Below are positions 62,201 to 64,000 of a stretch of DNA of 64,000 nt, piece by piece (the first letter of the stretch is position 1; every line of letters starts with the position of its first letter). The stretch is from Phoronis australis (taxonomy: Eukaryota; Animalia; Phoronida). Where the stretch lies: contig NMRA01000195.1 of NCBI GenBank assembly GCA_002633005.1, forward strand, positions 537,628-601,627, read 5' to 3'. The notes beneath the pieces were generated by a model. That model worked only from the letters and a program-made list of their open reading frames with translations, searched no databases and was not told the DNA's origin. A program made the position numbers and the translations under genes.

Positions 62201-64000
62201 GGAACCACATTCCCTTGTCTTCACGAGTGTCTCTCAGCAGCTCCTCTTCAGTAACAAGTCTGGCAACGCCACGGGACACCTGGTCTCTCATCTGTTCGCA
62301 ATAAACTCTCCATTCATCTGGTCTGTTGCAAAACTGTTTCTCTAGGTCCTGAAGTCTGTTGATTGCATAAGTGTAGTTGTTTGGCAGTTTCTCTGGAGAC
62401 TTCCTCCACGGCAAAATTATCTGGTATGTACCATCTTCTAGTCGACTGACACTTTGCTTCATAAAGTCGTCAGCCTGCTTATCCTGCTCTTTTGCAGTAC
62501 AATTACAACGTTTCGGCTCCAAACCCATCCTCTCCAAACCAAGAAACTCTTCAAGCTCGCCTACTGCACATATTTGTGCGTAGTGTAGTAGGGCATTACA
62601 CTGAAGCTCACAAGGATTACGACCCCCCTTGAATGTACCACCCCAGCGGGCATCTGGCAGCGATGGGGTCATCCAGTTTCGGACCAATGATTACTTCCTC
62701 AGATGTGATCAGATCAGTATTGTCTACGCCCAGGAGCACGTCTATTACGTCACAGGGAGCTTCGGTTATCTTGACGTTCTGTAAATGGGGATACTGTGCA
62801 ATCTGCTGGTTGGAAACTATTGGTGTGTCTCCGCACGGTTTTCGCATTTCATTGAGTCTGACCTTACGAGATAGTGTTCCAGACAAATCTTCAATCACAC
62901 AGTCGACGACTCGGAGCCTTTGACTCATTGTGTTGCCGCCCACTGTGGTGAGTTGATATTCTTGCATATGGTGATCAGCAGACTTAGGAATGATACCTTC
63001 ACGAATAAGTGAAACTTGTCTACTCTGGTTAAGAAGAATACGGACCATCACCTTTCTTGTGCCATGACTTATGCCCCCATCACAGTTGGCAAAACATTGG
63101 CCAAGCCTTGACCACGAGTGCTCATGTCTGGAGTGGAGGTCGGATTAGAATTCACTGATTGAAACTCGGGTGCCAGCGTAATTAAACCAAGAGTAAACGA
63201 TGACTTGTCTGAGTTACCATAGCCATCGAGACCGCATACAATGGGACATATCGAAGAGAAATGCGTATCTGTACCACAGGTCGGTATCTGGCAAGGAGCT
63301 TTGAACTGGCAGTTCTGTTGATCGAATGGGTGCTTTCCTGCTATGCAGTTATTATGTCCACTTCTAAAGCAAATGTTATTGTTCTTCATGATGTCAAATT
63401 TCGCTTCCTGTTTCAATGTTTTGAACTTGTTACAGCCTTTCAAAAAATGGTTAGTGAACTTGGGGTGCAGAGGACATTTTAATGGTAGTTTTGTACCAGG
63501 GGACACCGTTGCGTGATTCGTCGTTGTTTTGTACCGCTTGTGTTGCTGTTGTTGGCTTTGCACAGGTATCTCGCCACAGTCTTTGGCTTTCTGCAAGACA
63601 ATTAGTTGCTCGTGTAGCCATTTGACCAAACCGGTCAGTGTATCTTCAGTTTCGCCGTCTCGGTTGCTTTTCAAGTACTGAATGCGGTGTTCTTCTTGCA
63701 TCTTACGTCGAATCTGTGTTAAAATAATCCTGTCATTCAGACCACCCGATAAGCTGAGCGATTCTACTTGAATCTCAAAACACTGCAATGTTTCGACAAA
63801 TGTTTCTAAAACTGGTAGGTCAACTCGCCCTTTTATGTCATAGGATTTTAGGTTGTCGATGTCTCTCAGCAAAGCGTCGATTATGCGGTCATCGTCACCA
63901 TACTCGTTGTCCAAAATCTCCCACGCCCTAGCAACACTCAAACAGTTTTTTATTTTCTTTTTCTCCATTTGCCTGTCCATTGATTCAATCAACTGATACA
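59273..64000 (-). mobile_element. Decayed BEL/Pao LTR retrotransposon internal region (gag-PR-RT-RNaseH-IN), running off the window
   Basis: Gag with AWEILDNEYG and Cys/His knuckles (63069-63992), protease region (62617-63051), RT WFLPHFSV..PVRVVFDG..FYMDDL (61560-62687), Pao RNase H LHGFSEAS..ARARVTP..SIPRNELQA (61052-61402), RFSSWSRL..RVGGRI (60296-60748), integrase VDYLGP / ISDNATCF (59811-60254), INNRPL..ITPNHFLIGR..RPVTKLV (59273-59794). Many frameshifts; 3' LTR not delimited. Confidence 0.95.

Overview
AT-rich eukaryotic (invertebrate metazoan-like) genomic window with two assembly gaps (41287-41990, 54004-54770). The only clear host gene is ketohexokinase (KHK, PfkB family) on the minus strand at the left end. 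It has five well-supported coding exons (6070->198) and a candidate 22-nt micro-exon; the 3' part lies outside the window. The rest is a layered transposon graveyard. It contains three copies of one TTAA-targeting Kolobok-type element, one of which carries a THAP remnant and a cleanly inserted, TSD-flanked L1/Tx1 LINE. It also contains a family of CA...TG MITEs with 5-bp TSDs (hAT5-like), a hAT transposase fragment, an Academ-type RecQ helicase remnant, an IS3EU-like element, a pogo/Tc2-like element, a HIRAN pseudogene, several RTE-X-like and L1/Tx1 LINE relics, a solo LTR, a Helitron-type ORF with an inactivated herpes-tegument-like deubiquitinase domain preceded by a two-period tandem array, and a decayed BEL/Pao LTR retrotransposon running off the right edge. 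All family assignments come from motif recognition by eye, not database searches. No CRISPR, rRNA or tRNA was recognised.
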